Positions 1-11,173 of a DNA stretch of 64,000 nucleotides are shown here, one piece after another. Position 1 is the stretch's first letter. Each line of letters begins with the position of its first letter. Source of the DNA: Hydrolagus colliei (taxonomy: Eukaryota); the NCBI GenBank assembly GCA_035084275.1, contig CM068751.1:5580001-5644000 (forward strand). Direction: 5' to 3'. Below the pieces are notes generated by a model, which was given only the letters and a program-made list of their open reading frames with translations, had not been told where the DNA came from and searched no databases. The position numbers and the translations under genes are program-made.

Positions 1-187
1 AAACAATAATAAAATTGGTCATTTCAATCCATGACTGTTTGTGAGACACTGCTGTGCGCAATTGGCTGCCCCGTTTCGCCCACAAATATACAGTCAATTC
101 ACTTTACAGTTTATTCTGTGAAGCGCTTTGAGACATCTAGAAGACGTGAAAAGCGCTATATCAAATGCAAGGATTATTATTATTAAT
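1..187 (+). mobile_element. tRNA-derived SINE, 3' portion
   Basis: Same body and tail as 3478-3807, ending gtgaaaagcgctatatcaaatgcaagg(att)n. Confidence 0.85.
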
Positions 188-229
188 ATTCTTATTATTA
201 AATCTTATCTTTGTTGTGTTTTCCCGCAG

Positions 230-278
230 CTATCTCTAATCGAATTATTGAAAGAATATTCTCCGGAGCAGTTACAAG
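230..278 (+). CDS. PPP2R3A: PPP2R3A exon
   Basis: cag|...|gtgag; ISNRIIERIFSGAVTR. Confidence 0.9.
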
Positions 279-3200
279 GTGAGTTAAACATGTTTGTTTC
301 CACAACTGGATCATTTCTTAACAGTTATGAATTCAGATAGCTTGATCTCAATGGTTTCAAAAAGAAAGCGTTTGCAAGATTTAACGAAAGCACGAAGGGA
401 GGTTGGTTGGTCACATTCACAGAAATGATCTTGATATCAGCCACATTGGAGGTCACTGTATCAAGCAATTACAGTGCCTTCGACTGGGTTTTGCTATACT
501 GGCTGTTATAACAACAACAACAACATACTGTATTCATATCGTGCTCCTCATGAAGGTTAGCATCTCAGAACACCTATATTCTGAGTCACAGGTCTCAATG
601 CTCCATTGCATGTTATATATAAAATAATGAAATAATAAAAATGCTCTGAATTGGAAAATATTTAACCTGCTTGTTAAAAATGCTTTTCGTGGGACCAAGA
701 GGGTAGACGCTCTCACTACTTAATGCAGCACAAAGCCACACAGAAAGTGTGAATCTCGGTTGAACATTTGGGATGAATTAGCTGATCTCAGCCAGTGTAT
801 TATTTAAGATGCTAAAAATGTTCTTGGTGTTCCTGGGTTAGGGACGGTAAAAATCAGGCAGACTTCCTGGTGCTGATTTTTTTTCCAGTGACCCCCCTCC
901 TGTATCTTGTGTGTTTTTTTGTGTGTGTCCATATCTTTGGTGGTTGTAGGTTCAGGGTCAGCCTACTTTCACTGTTCAGTATCACCAAAGAGCTGAACCT
1001 TTTGGAGTTAGAATGAATGTCTTTAAGAGATGAGCAATGAAGTGAAAATTAGCTGCAATGTCTAAACATTGTGCTTAAACAATGCCAAGTTGCCAATTGT
1101 TTTGTGGTCATGACTATTAAATGGAATAATCTCCAGTGAGCGCGCTCTATTTTCAGGGGTAATTCTGTGCAGAAGGAAGGGCGAATGAGCTACGCTGACT
1201 TTGTCTGGTTTTTGCTTTCTGAGGAAGATAAGAAGAATGCCACCAGGTAATTTTCGGTGACGCTGCCACGAATGCCAAATTCCACCATCTCCAGTGGGCT
1301 TTTGGAGTTGTGATATATAGTATTACTGTATTGCCGACAGCACAACCCGTGATCTTTATAAATTAACCTGGGAACTATTTAGAGGATTTATGATGACGCC
1401 GTGGTGAACACCTCAGTGATATGGATGCGTTCATTTGATCCAAAGTAAAAATACATATGGCTTTCAAGTAAGAAGGTCGTAATGTTTTACATTCCTTGTT
1501 CTAGTATGGAGTACTGGTTCCGGGCCATGGACATTGACGGGGATGGTGTGCTCTCTATGTATGAGCTGGAGTATTTCTACGAAGAACAATGTGAACGGAT
1601 GGAGGGAATGGGCATCGAGCCATTGCCATTCCACGACCTCCTGTGCCAGATGCTGGATCTAGTGAAGCCAGAATGTGAAGGTGAATGAATGGAATAAAGC
1701 AGTCGGAGTGAGCAGAAAGAGTCCCGTTTGATACTTTAAATAGTCAGGTTCGCGTAATGGCCGGGGTAACCGACAATACTGAGGTATTGATGTTTCTCTC
1801 AAAGAACAATGTTGCCTTTTAAGGGAGTATCAAGTCAGGTTGGCTTCCTAGAAGTGAGGAACAGCCTGATCCTAGTACAGTATATAGGTGCTATATTCGC
1901 CGCTGTGAAAGTTCAGACATGGTATCTTATATCTTGTACGGTGCAAACTGGACAAGGAATGTGACAGGCAATGTCACATGCGTGCGAAACGAGAGAAACA
2001 AAGTGAACGGGAATCATTTGCTGTGAGGATGGTGCTAAAAGTTGGAATGTTCCTGAATCATCTTGATTTCACTCCCGGAACTCTCTTCTTTCAGGAAAAA
2101 TCACCCTGCGAGATATAAAGAGGTGCAGAATGGCACATATATTTTATGACACTTGCTTCAACCTAGAGAAATATCTGGACCATGAGCAGAGAGATCCATT
2201 TGCTGTGCAGAAGGTAACCGTGCGTTCAGAGTAGAGGGGCAAAATATAATTTCACATTACATTGTGGTGACCTTAAACAACATTGGAAATAATAATAATT
2301 ATCCTTGCATTTGGTATAGGGTCTTATGTCACAAGACATCTCAGTGCTTCAGACAATATTCTGTAGTGTAAATACTGTACTATATTTTACAGGCGAAATA
2401 GAATAACAGTGTAATATAAATCTTAACCACAATAATGCAATAGTTACACAGCTTCCCTTGTGCCTATTCATACCATCATATGCTCACATGGACAAGGTCA
2501 GTAAATATAATGACCAGAGAATAATCAAACACAATCAAATTCTTTCATATTTCAGAATATGAAATTTTGGTGGCAGAAAAGTCTGCCAATGAGCAGTTAC
2601 AGGTTGGTAAATATATGAATGAGGATTTAGGTAACGCGGTTTATTGAGAGGTTGCACCTCAAAAGTATTTAGTAGCTGAGTTATTGGCCTATATTGTTTA
2701 CTAGATTTATTTGAAGTTGTCACAATTCCGATTAGATAAACGAGTAAACTTTCATCCTCCTTTTTAAAAAAAAATACGAAAAATAAAGTGAGTTATTCAC
2801 TTGCAGTTAAATTTAGAAACTTTCAGAATGTGGGCTGATAATAGGATTTTTTTAACAAAAAATTTGACTACCCATAACAACTACCCTTGAGGATTAGGCT
2901 TGCTATATCATCACATGTTCTTCTAATGTTAATTGTCATTCTTTCCTTTTTTTGCAGGATATTGAGAGTGATAGTCCAGAGCCTTCGGACTGGGACAAAT
3001 ATGCGGCAGAAGAATATGAAATTTTGGTGGCAGAAGAGTCTGCCAATGAGCAATTACAGGAAGGGTGAGTTCATGCAAACAATTGCATCCTGTTTGAAAT
3101 CGTAAGATGTAGGCGCTAGAGATGCAAGATAGGATGCAAATTCATCCCCCACAGGGAAGAACTTAGTGGAGGTCAAAGGCTTCTTCAACGGGAAACTGAG

Positions 3201-5303
3201 AATATTGGAGTGATGCCCATCTCGACCGTCCTTACAAGGGCCAGTGACAAAGGGTTTACATGAGTCACTTGCCCTCAGTGAATGGTTTAACATGGGTAGA
3301 TATGGTTTACATTATCTTAGCTGGTGGACCTCAGGAATACAGTAAAATCAGCTCTGAATCGTTGACAGTTGATTACATTTCAGTGTTTATCACAGGGACA
3401 TATTGGCAACAATCAGGCTGCTGTAATGCTGCAGCCTTACATATTAATTCATATCCGAAGCAATTTCCAGGAGACGTGGAGCTCCTGTAGCTCAGTGGTT
3501 AGAGCACTCGCTTTCCAAGCAAGCGTGAGACCTGTGTTCAAATCCAGGTAGATCAGGGCGAAACCTTGGGCAAGTTTCCTTACTCCACACGCCTAATAAT
3601 AATGCCTCCAAAAAAAACCACAGTAATAAAAATTGGTCATTTCAGTCCACGACTGTTTGTGGGACACGGCTGTGCATAATTGGCGGCCGCGTTTCACCCA
3701 AAAAAGATACAGTCAATTCACTTTACAGTCTATTCCATGAGGTGCTTTGAGACGTTGATAAGATGTGAAAAGCGCTATATGAAATTTCAAGGATTATTAT
3801 TATTATAAGATTGCACTGCATATTAATGTTAGTTGACTGATGTCATACCCAGAGTTACATTACACGCTGAATCAACACAAAGCACATCAAACGTAAACTG
3901 TGCAGTATAACTGCAGCATTGCTGTGGACAGTGGCCTTCTAAATGGCGTAGCTGACAACGCATCTCAGTCTTGTGTACTCCCTGAAAAAAATTGCAAAAT
4001 AAAACCTTGTTGGTGGCACATAAATTATCACATTACGATAAATTCACCTATTCCCATCCATCCGATAGCACTGTCAGTGTACGGGAGGGAATCACAGTAC
4101 AACACTTGCTTTATATGTCAATTAAACACAATAACTCTTTCTGGTAATGCTGATTTTTAATGCTAGTGCAAAAGATATTAAACTTCACCACAAATCTTTT
4201 TATTTCACAGTGCCATCTAGTGTTGCATTCTAGGTGTGAGAGCTCCGCATGTTCTTTGAAACCTACTGTATGGAGGAAAATCCACACAAGAGTAAACTGA
4301 TTCAATGTTTCTCGGTGGTGGAGAAAAGAGCTCAGCGGATTATAATTATCAAACTATAAAATAGCATTTGTTGCCATCAAAACAAAAACACTGTTGACTT
4401 ATTTGAAAGAAAATCCACTCTAAAGTACTGCTCAAAGAAGGGGTAATACCCAAGTTTATTATATTCCTCAGCAATGTTCAACTGGCCAAATAATAACTTT
4501 ACCAATATTAACAAAAAAACAACCTGGAAATTCCTCGATTTAATTCCCATTTTATGCTGAGTTACCTGATCTCAGCCAGGATGGCAAACAGGACCTGTGA
4601 CTGGCCTCAGTGTTCCTGGGTTGAGAAATGGGAAAAGCAGCCAGTTTCCCTACCCTGCTGAATGTTCTCCAGGGAGCATTGCTGGAAACTGCCAGGTGAG
4701 AACAAGATTGGACGCAGCCGTAATTTATTTCCCCTATCCCCCTTCCCCCTTAAGCCTGGCAACATTCACTGTTATAGCTCACGCGTTAACAGTGTCAGTT
4801 GGTCGAGGTACGGGCATGCAGTCAGTATCTGTACGGTGTGAATCAGCACCTTCAGAAGAAAAGTTGCAAATGTTGTAGAATAAAGCAAAATGACAGAGTT
4901 GGAAACATAGAAATCTGCAATGAAGAAGGATCTACAGCCCGTTCAGTCAATTAAGCCTGCACTGACACACAGAGCAAGATATCACTTCAATCCCACTGCT
5001 CCTTCTCTCAATGACTCTTCAAGATCCTCTTTCATATGACTGTTTACCTCCCGCGTGAAAGCTAGTGAACTCAATCTGCATTCAACTCTGGGGGGAAAAA
5101 AATCCTCCATGTCCTCCTTTTATTATTCTTATAACTATGTCCCCACTTTCTGACTCCCCTAACGGCTCTCTGGACCATGGTAAAATCTTTTTTTTCCTCT
5201 CCACAGATCATTTGAGGAAGACTATGAATCTGATGAACTGACCACTGGCCCCGAACTCAGCAACAAGATGGACAAGCTTGTCATTTCTGACCTTCCGACA
5301 TAA
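230..5303 (+). CDS. PPP2R3A: PP2A regulatory subunit B'' alpha (PR72/PR130), 3' part of gene; 6 coding exons
   Basis: Exons 230-278, 1157-1246, 1505-1680, 2095-2213, 2958-3064 and 5207-5303 have AG/GT boundaries and join in frame. They encode RIIERIFSGAVTR...YWFRAMDIDGDGVLSMYELEYFYEEQ (EF-hand)...SDWDKYAAEEYEILVAEE. Synteny with MSL2-PCCB-STAG1 points to the alpha paralog. Confidence 0.93.
772..965 (+). mobile_element. Deu-domain SINE remnant (AmnSINE1/SacSINE1-like)
   Basis: ttagctgatctcagcc...ttcctgggttaggga...aaaaatcag...tccagtgacccc resembles the Deu core (from recall of the consensus). Confidence 0.65.
1157..1246 (+). CDS. PPP2R3A: PPP2R3A exon
   Basis: GNSVQKEGRMSYADFVWFLLSEEDKKNAT. 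Confidence 0.92.
1505..1680 (+). CDS. PPP2R3A: PPP2R3A exon (EF-hand)
   Basis: MEYWFRAMDIDGDGVLSMYELEYFYEEQCERM. Confidence 0.95.
2095..2213 (+). CDS. PPP2R3A: PPP2R3A exon
   Basis: KITLRDIKRCRMAHIFYDTCFNLEKYLDHEQRDPFAVQK. Confidence 0.93.
2958..3064 (+). CDS. PPP2R3A: PPP2R3A exon
   Basis: DIESDSPEPSDWDKYAAEEYEILVAEESANEQLQEG. Confidence 0.93.
3478..3807 (+). mobile_element. Full-length tRNA-derived SINE
   Basis: A box TAGCTCAGTGG, B box GTTCAAATCC, shared body and (ATT)n tail; multiple copies in window. Confidence 0.9.
4553..4863 (+). mobile_element. Deu-domain SINE remnant
   Basis: gctgagttacctgatctcagcc...tggcctcagtgttcctggg...gctggaaa...cattcactgt...cgaggtac...tcagcaccttcag. Confidence 0.7.
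5207..5303 (+). CDS. PPP2R3A: PPP2R3A last coding exon
   Basis: Strong pyrimidine tract and cag acceptor; SFEEDYESDELTTGPELSNKMDKLVISDLPT-TAA. Confidence 0.85.
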
Positions 5304-6379
5304 ATTAAAAAGCTAGGTCAACTGCTGGACAGTAGATTGACCAGTAGGCAGCAACTCTAAGGACTGACTCTTACCCTGTCAGAAATGTAGAGAGCAAACT
5401 GTTTATATCTCCTTTTTTTGTGTTTTTTTAAAGAGATTATGCGAGATTTTATATCAGAAGGAAGAAATACATGCTTACTGTGTGCAATGGACTTTATTCT
5501 AAATCAAATACTATCTGTTTGTGCAATATGTCTTAAAGTGCAGTGTTATGTATATGGATTTCTGCTTGCTACCCATCGCTGTGTGTTGTCCTCATTTAGT
5601 TCCTAATTTCACTATTCATCTTTCTTTTGACCACAGTTCCTGGTTATTTTCTTAAGAAGCATTCTTAACTTAGTGCCTTATCAATGCCTGGTAGAATTCC
5701 ATTCCTGCTACTAGTACTTACTATTTCTTCACAAGTTGCTTCATATACTCCTGCTACCCATAGAAGCAAATGCATTCAAGAGATAAGGAATGTGAAATCA
5801 ACCCATACTCCTGGGTAAAATGTGGAGTGGATTAACTACAAGAGCCAAACTTCGAGAATATCTGTTGGAAAGCATGAAATCCACCTCGCGTGACTCAGAT
5901 TGGTGCATTGATCAGTGAGAAAGTATTTACCAGCTTGTAGAAGTTGGACAATGTATGTCTCTGAAAGTACCCATACCATAGCATGACCTGATGCCATCAA
6001 GTTAAAAGCTCAAGCAGCCCAAGAGATGTTTTCGAAGCAGCACCTTGGCTCAAGCCATATTTAAGACCGGGTTCAAATTATCGGCTGAAAAATTTTCTGA
6101 TTGACTAGCAAAGTTTTAAGTTCATACCCGCAATTAACAAGCCCCATTTCGGCTCTAAATGTGCTTTTACACTGGAGGCATGAAAATATAGAAGTGAATG
6201 GAGTGAATAATTTCCAGCCCAATGTAACACACAAACCATGGTTTGTCGAAGCAACTTCATGAAGAAAACGTCTGCAGGCAACAACAGAAAATCAGGCAGT
6301 TATAGTGATTTCCCTCTTGCAATTATCATTGTCTTAAAGATTATTTGAGCTCTTCTCATGGTTCACTAAGTATATTTAG

Positions 6380-6642
6380 ACAGGAAAGGAAAAGTCAACC
6401 TGAGTTCTTGCTCCTGATTGCTTCCAATGCCTTCTTTTGCTGGGAAGTGACCATTTGTGGATGTCGAGTGCGGGCAGAATTGGGCTCAGCTGATTTTGCC
6501 AGCTGATTCAATTGAATACTCAATGTCTAAGTTCTTACATGAACAATAAGCTCTTGGAAGATGGAAGGAAGTGTCTCGATGTCCTGGGTTGAAGGGGGGA
6601 AAAGGAATCAAAAATGCTTTCAGAAAAGAGGAGAGAAACTGG
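6380..6642 (+). mobile_element. Deu-domain SINE remnant downstream of the PPP2R3A stop
   Basis: gttcttgctcctgattgcttcca...gctgggaagtg...tgtggatgtcgagtgcgggcagaattgggctcagctg. Confidence 0.6.
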
Positions 6643-9600
6643 AAAGACAAAAATTGTTTTACAGGTGAAACAACTTTTATCCTTTCATTAACCAAGATAC
6701 TTAATTTGCGCAAAAAGAAAATGCCCATAGAATGTGAAAAAATACATTTGGAAGCAGTGCCAAAACCTAAATTTTTGCTGTCACTCTGAATATTAAAAGT
6801 AGAATAGTCCAGGCTACTTAGATTTAATCTTACTACAACAACAAAATTACACTTGTATAGCAGCTATCTTTCAATCAGAACAATTTGTTAGTGTTGCTTT
6901 GTGCACATCAATGTGAGATATTATCTGCCCCAACAATCAGTCTCAGGACCTAATCGGTTTGAAATTGTTCTTCTGCCACTACATCAAGTGATATTATCAA
7001 TTCAGTGCTAAACCAAGGGCTTTTGTGTGCTCTAAATCCAGGGGGAATACCAGGGTTGAGATTTTCATGCCTGGACTGAAGCCTAGCTGCCAGAGGTGGA
7101 GGGCCAAGTTCCTCCACTAAAGCTCTATATTTTTTTTAACATTGCTATTATCTCTTTTCTCATCCTGATACACACACTGCTTTATCTGGACACGTCGACT
7201 CGGCAAGCATCTCCAAGGACAACATAATGGCTGTTCTCGTTTAATTGATCAGAATGTATGCCTCATTAGTAACCCTCTCTCCATGTCTCTGCTTCACCCT
7301 ACCTATGAGAGATGCAAAATGCAAAGCTTAAGATTTAGGTACTCCTGAATGTCAATGTTAAGATTTGGATTTGGTCTTCCGTTCAAGAGTACAGTGCTTT
7401 AGTATCTCAGTAATAATATAGCTGTTGTAGCTGTATTGAGACAGAAAGTACAGGTGATTCCTCAAAGCAACTATAGTGATTATTTTTTCTTTAAAACGTT
7501 GCTCCTCCCAAATCAAAACCACTTCAAACAAAGTGGTATGAATAGAGCGACTAATATTTTGAGAACTAACTCTTTGAGGTACAATTCACACCCCTGTTAG
7601 AATAGATGGCTGAGTAGAACAACCAGCAAAGTCTACACCAAGGCTAGGTTTCCATAAGTTATTGTGCAGAACAAAACAGACCACTATGTGAGATGTGTGT
7701 GAGGGGATTTCTTCGATAGTCTTGAAGTATGCTGTTTCCAGGCCTTTTTAGACATGATGTTTGTGAAAGTAACTGCAGGTTACAAAAACTAAAAGGCTTA
7801 TTCTGCTTAATTTGCTATAGCAATTCTTGTTTATCGTGGGATTTAAGTTCACATTAAAAGGTTGGCCACACATAGCAGATGGGGCAAAATAACTTCCTAT
7901 ACAATTTTTTTGGTAAGCATTTGTAAGTTGTGCTTATCAAAAGATTGACGTTGTTTTGGAAAGGTAACATTTATCCCCACTTTGACAGCTGAAGCACCCA
8001 GATGGGAAACCCAAATAATGCCAACTTACCATTTCTATTTGTCAAGAGTCTACCCTCATAGCCTGAGGAAAATGTTGCCAAATTATTGCCAATTATCCAG
8101 CATATAAAATTGTTCCACTGAAAAAAGAAATGAAACATTAACAATGACTCGTTTTCTCCAAACTCTGCAAAGCAATAAGTTGGTGAATTCCTGAACCCAG
8201 AATGATGGAGGATAAGGAAAAGTTTCCAAGAACAATATTTTAACAACCAGCCTACTGTATTTGTGCTTCAACAGTCTGCATTTTGTTTAAAATATTTAAA
8301 TGAGCAGTTTTAAATCCAGAACACTCATCAAAGGTAAAGTTTCTTGCAATGACCCTTACAGTTGTGTTGCAACAAGGAAGGATGCAATTGATATTATCAA
8401 CATATATTGCCAGTTGTTGATTAAAAAACATTTTAATAGGAGTGTAGGCTGAACAATCTTGCTTTGAAAATGTATGGTGCAGCAGCAGACAGTGTCTCTT
8501 GCAACCAACATTACAGTGTGCATGACAGTGTCAGGAATTAAGCCTGCTAAAAAATATATATCCTAAGAGCAAACGGATACCTCTTTTAAAGAGTTATCAA
8601 GAGAGAGAAAACATCTCTGATGTCAGTAAGAGATGGATTTAAATACAGACTTCCCCGGTGAAGTTAACTACCCTTTTCTAGGTTAGATGTAAATATTGTT
8701 ACTGTACACACAAGTTTATTTGTTATGTGTTCTTGACATCTCCTACCCAAGTAGTGATGGGAGGCGAGGATGTTAACAAACCGTTTTTTGTTTTGTAAAA
8801 ACAATTGTATAGTATTTTGGCAAAGTAAACATTTAGGTGCATTAGATACCAATACAATAGAAAAACCCGGTTAATTTCCTGTGCCCATCAAAAATGCCAT
8901 ATTCGTGAGCAATGGTTTACTCAATGCGCAGATGAGCACCGTGCAGAGAGATGATAGAATTTTCTTAGAAGGTCTGAAATAATTGACGTGTACACTTTTC
9001 TTCTGATGATCCGATTACACTAATTTGCAATTCCTCTCCTTTTAAGATTGGATATCACACGTCCGACTGAATCACTGTTTCTAATTGAATTTGATGGCTG
9101 AAACAGTGTGCACTATGTGCCGCTAGTGTGCTCTCGAGGTGAAAAGGCAGATAATGTTATACAAATTGTGATTCTTTAAAAAAAACAGAAATATTTCTCT
9201 CAAAGAACAATAGTTATTAATGTACATCGTGCTGAAAAATTAGCAACATTGTGAAAGGGGAAAAAAATGTTCAACATCTCTGATAAATCAGAAGGACAAT
9301 TTGTATCATTCTGTTACTAGAGATTCAGAAATTCAAGCATTTTAAGCCCGACTGTTACATTCAGTATGTCAGTGGCAGTGGCCCTAACTTGACCGATATC
9401 AAAAGACTGTTAACTTTGACCTGATGTTGTCTATTTACTGTAAATTGGAAGCAGTATTGAAAGTAATCAATTGGATTCTGAATCAAATGGTATTTCAATT
9501 AAAAAAAAGTAATGCAACAAGATGTACATTTCAACCCTTTATGAAATATTCTAATGTTAATCACACAATGTCAGTCGTCCTCTCTCAGGCTGTATGACCT

Positions 9601-11156
9601 TAAGAACATTATGCATATTGCCATAGATGGAACGAGTTCAGATACTTGTCCATCAACAGGCAATGATGAACGTTTGCTCTTTGTTCAATGGGTTTACAAT
9701 TAAGTCACATTTTCTTTCTCCATTCCCAAACTGGGGTAACACAGTTGACCAGTTTGAGTTTGTATGGCTTCATTGTCCTCTGCCTTCTGTACGATACAAG
9801 CCCAAATCTAGTATTAAGATCTTATATCTAGGCTAGTTATCTGACCTGGCTGCCAAATCCTGTCCTGGACTAAACATTATTTCTTACTTGGATAAGGATT
9901 TTTAATAGGCTAGACTAAAACATAATCTCCAAAATAAACCTTTTTTTCTCGCTTCAATTTTATATCCATCAAATAAGATTGTTTCACTTCAAATGTAGAC
10001 AAAATGGTACTATCCACTTTCCTTGAAACTCTGCAAAGCAATAATTTACTCTGTACAATATATTGGAACCCCATCTCAGAAAGATACATTTTCTTAGCCA
10101 ATTATGTAGCAAGTTTAACAAGTAGCATAACAAAATATGACTATACTGTAAAGTTAAGACATATACATTTTCAAATTAGTTGATAGTGATGTGCAGTTGG
10201 CTATTTGTACAAACAATATGAAAGTGATCAGTTAGGAGGGTTTATCTCCTCCCACCTCCCATTTTTAATTTTCTCCAATCCCGATGAAATTTCCGAGAAT
10301 AAACATGCTCAATTTGCAACTTGATGCAATAGAATTTTTATACTGTTACAAAATTTGCACTTTTATTTTCTCAGACCATTGATAGGATTTTCCCAATATT
10401 TTTTAAACCAGATATGAAAATTTATTATGAGAATTTTTATTCAGTCACTTTGAAAAAGGTACAACTTTGCACTGATTAGAAACTACTCATTTTAGCCTTT
10501 TACTTCTGTGTTTCTTTAGCTATATCTAGTATATTCTCTAATTTGTTGAAATATACTTTTAGGCTCATATACCTGTACTCTGAATCTCTCCCATCTACTT
10601 TGGCACATAGCCTGTATATGCAGCTGCAATACACACAAATATGGCACATTTCTTCAACTGCTGGTTTAGTTCCTACTTGTTAACAATAAATATTTTTGAA
10701 ACTGTGCCTTACTTGTGACCTACTGTTGGTCTGGAATTTTAATGTACACATTTGTATAGAACTTGATTATCTCTGTAAGTAGTGTAAAAAGGCATCTGCC
10801 AAAATGTGTGAAACTTGTTTTGTCTTCTGAGTGGTTTACCAGTATAGAAACAACAGTAGGATAAATGTAAATTTAATACACTTCCTACATAGGTTTTTTT
10901 AAAAATAAATAAACAATTTGACTGCAGCTTTAGAGAATAATTTCTTATTTCCGTATGTTCTAGGAGAGGAACTGGACAGATTTATATATTAAATCTAAAA
11001 TAGCTGCAGTATAGTTATTTATAGCAATAGGTCTTCTGCTGTTTTTTTTTTCCAAACACTCATTGAGATGTGGCACAACCTGTACCAAACGACTGAACAC
11101 TTGAGATGAGTACTGCCATTTACGCCACAGTAATTATTAGCTCTATGCAAACACAC

Positions 11157-11173
11157 GGGGGGGGGGGGGGGGG
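11157..11173 (+). repeat. Poly-G tract (17 G)
   Basis: Direct read. Confidence 0.9.

Noticed and set aside
3478-3550. tRNA-like sequence with A and B boxes (also ~25520-25588 and ~46010-46080)
   Set aside because: No closing acceptor stem; these are SINE heads, not tRNA genes
7686-7860. Cys-rich reading (CEMC...HDVCESNC...CLIC) resembling a zinc finger
   Set aside because: Interrupted by stops, with spacing that does not match a defined finger; likely chance
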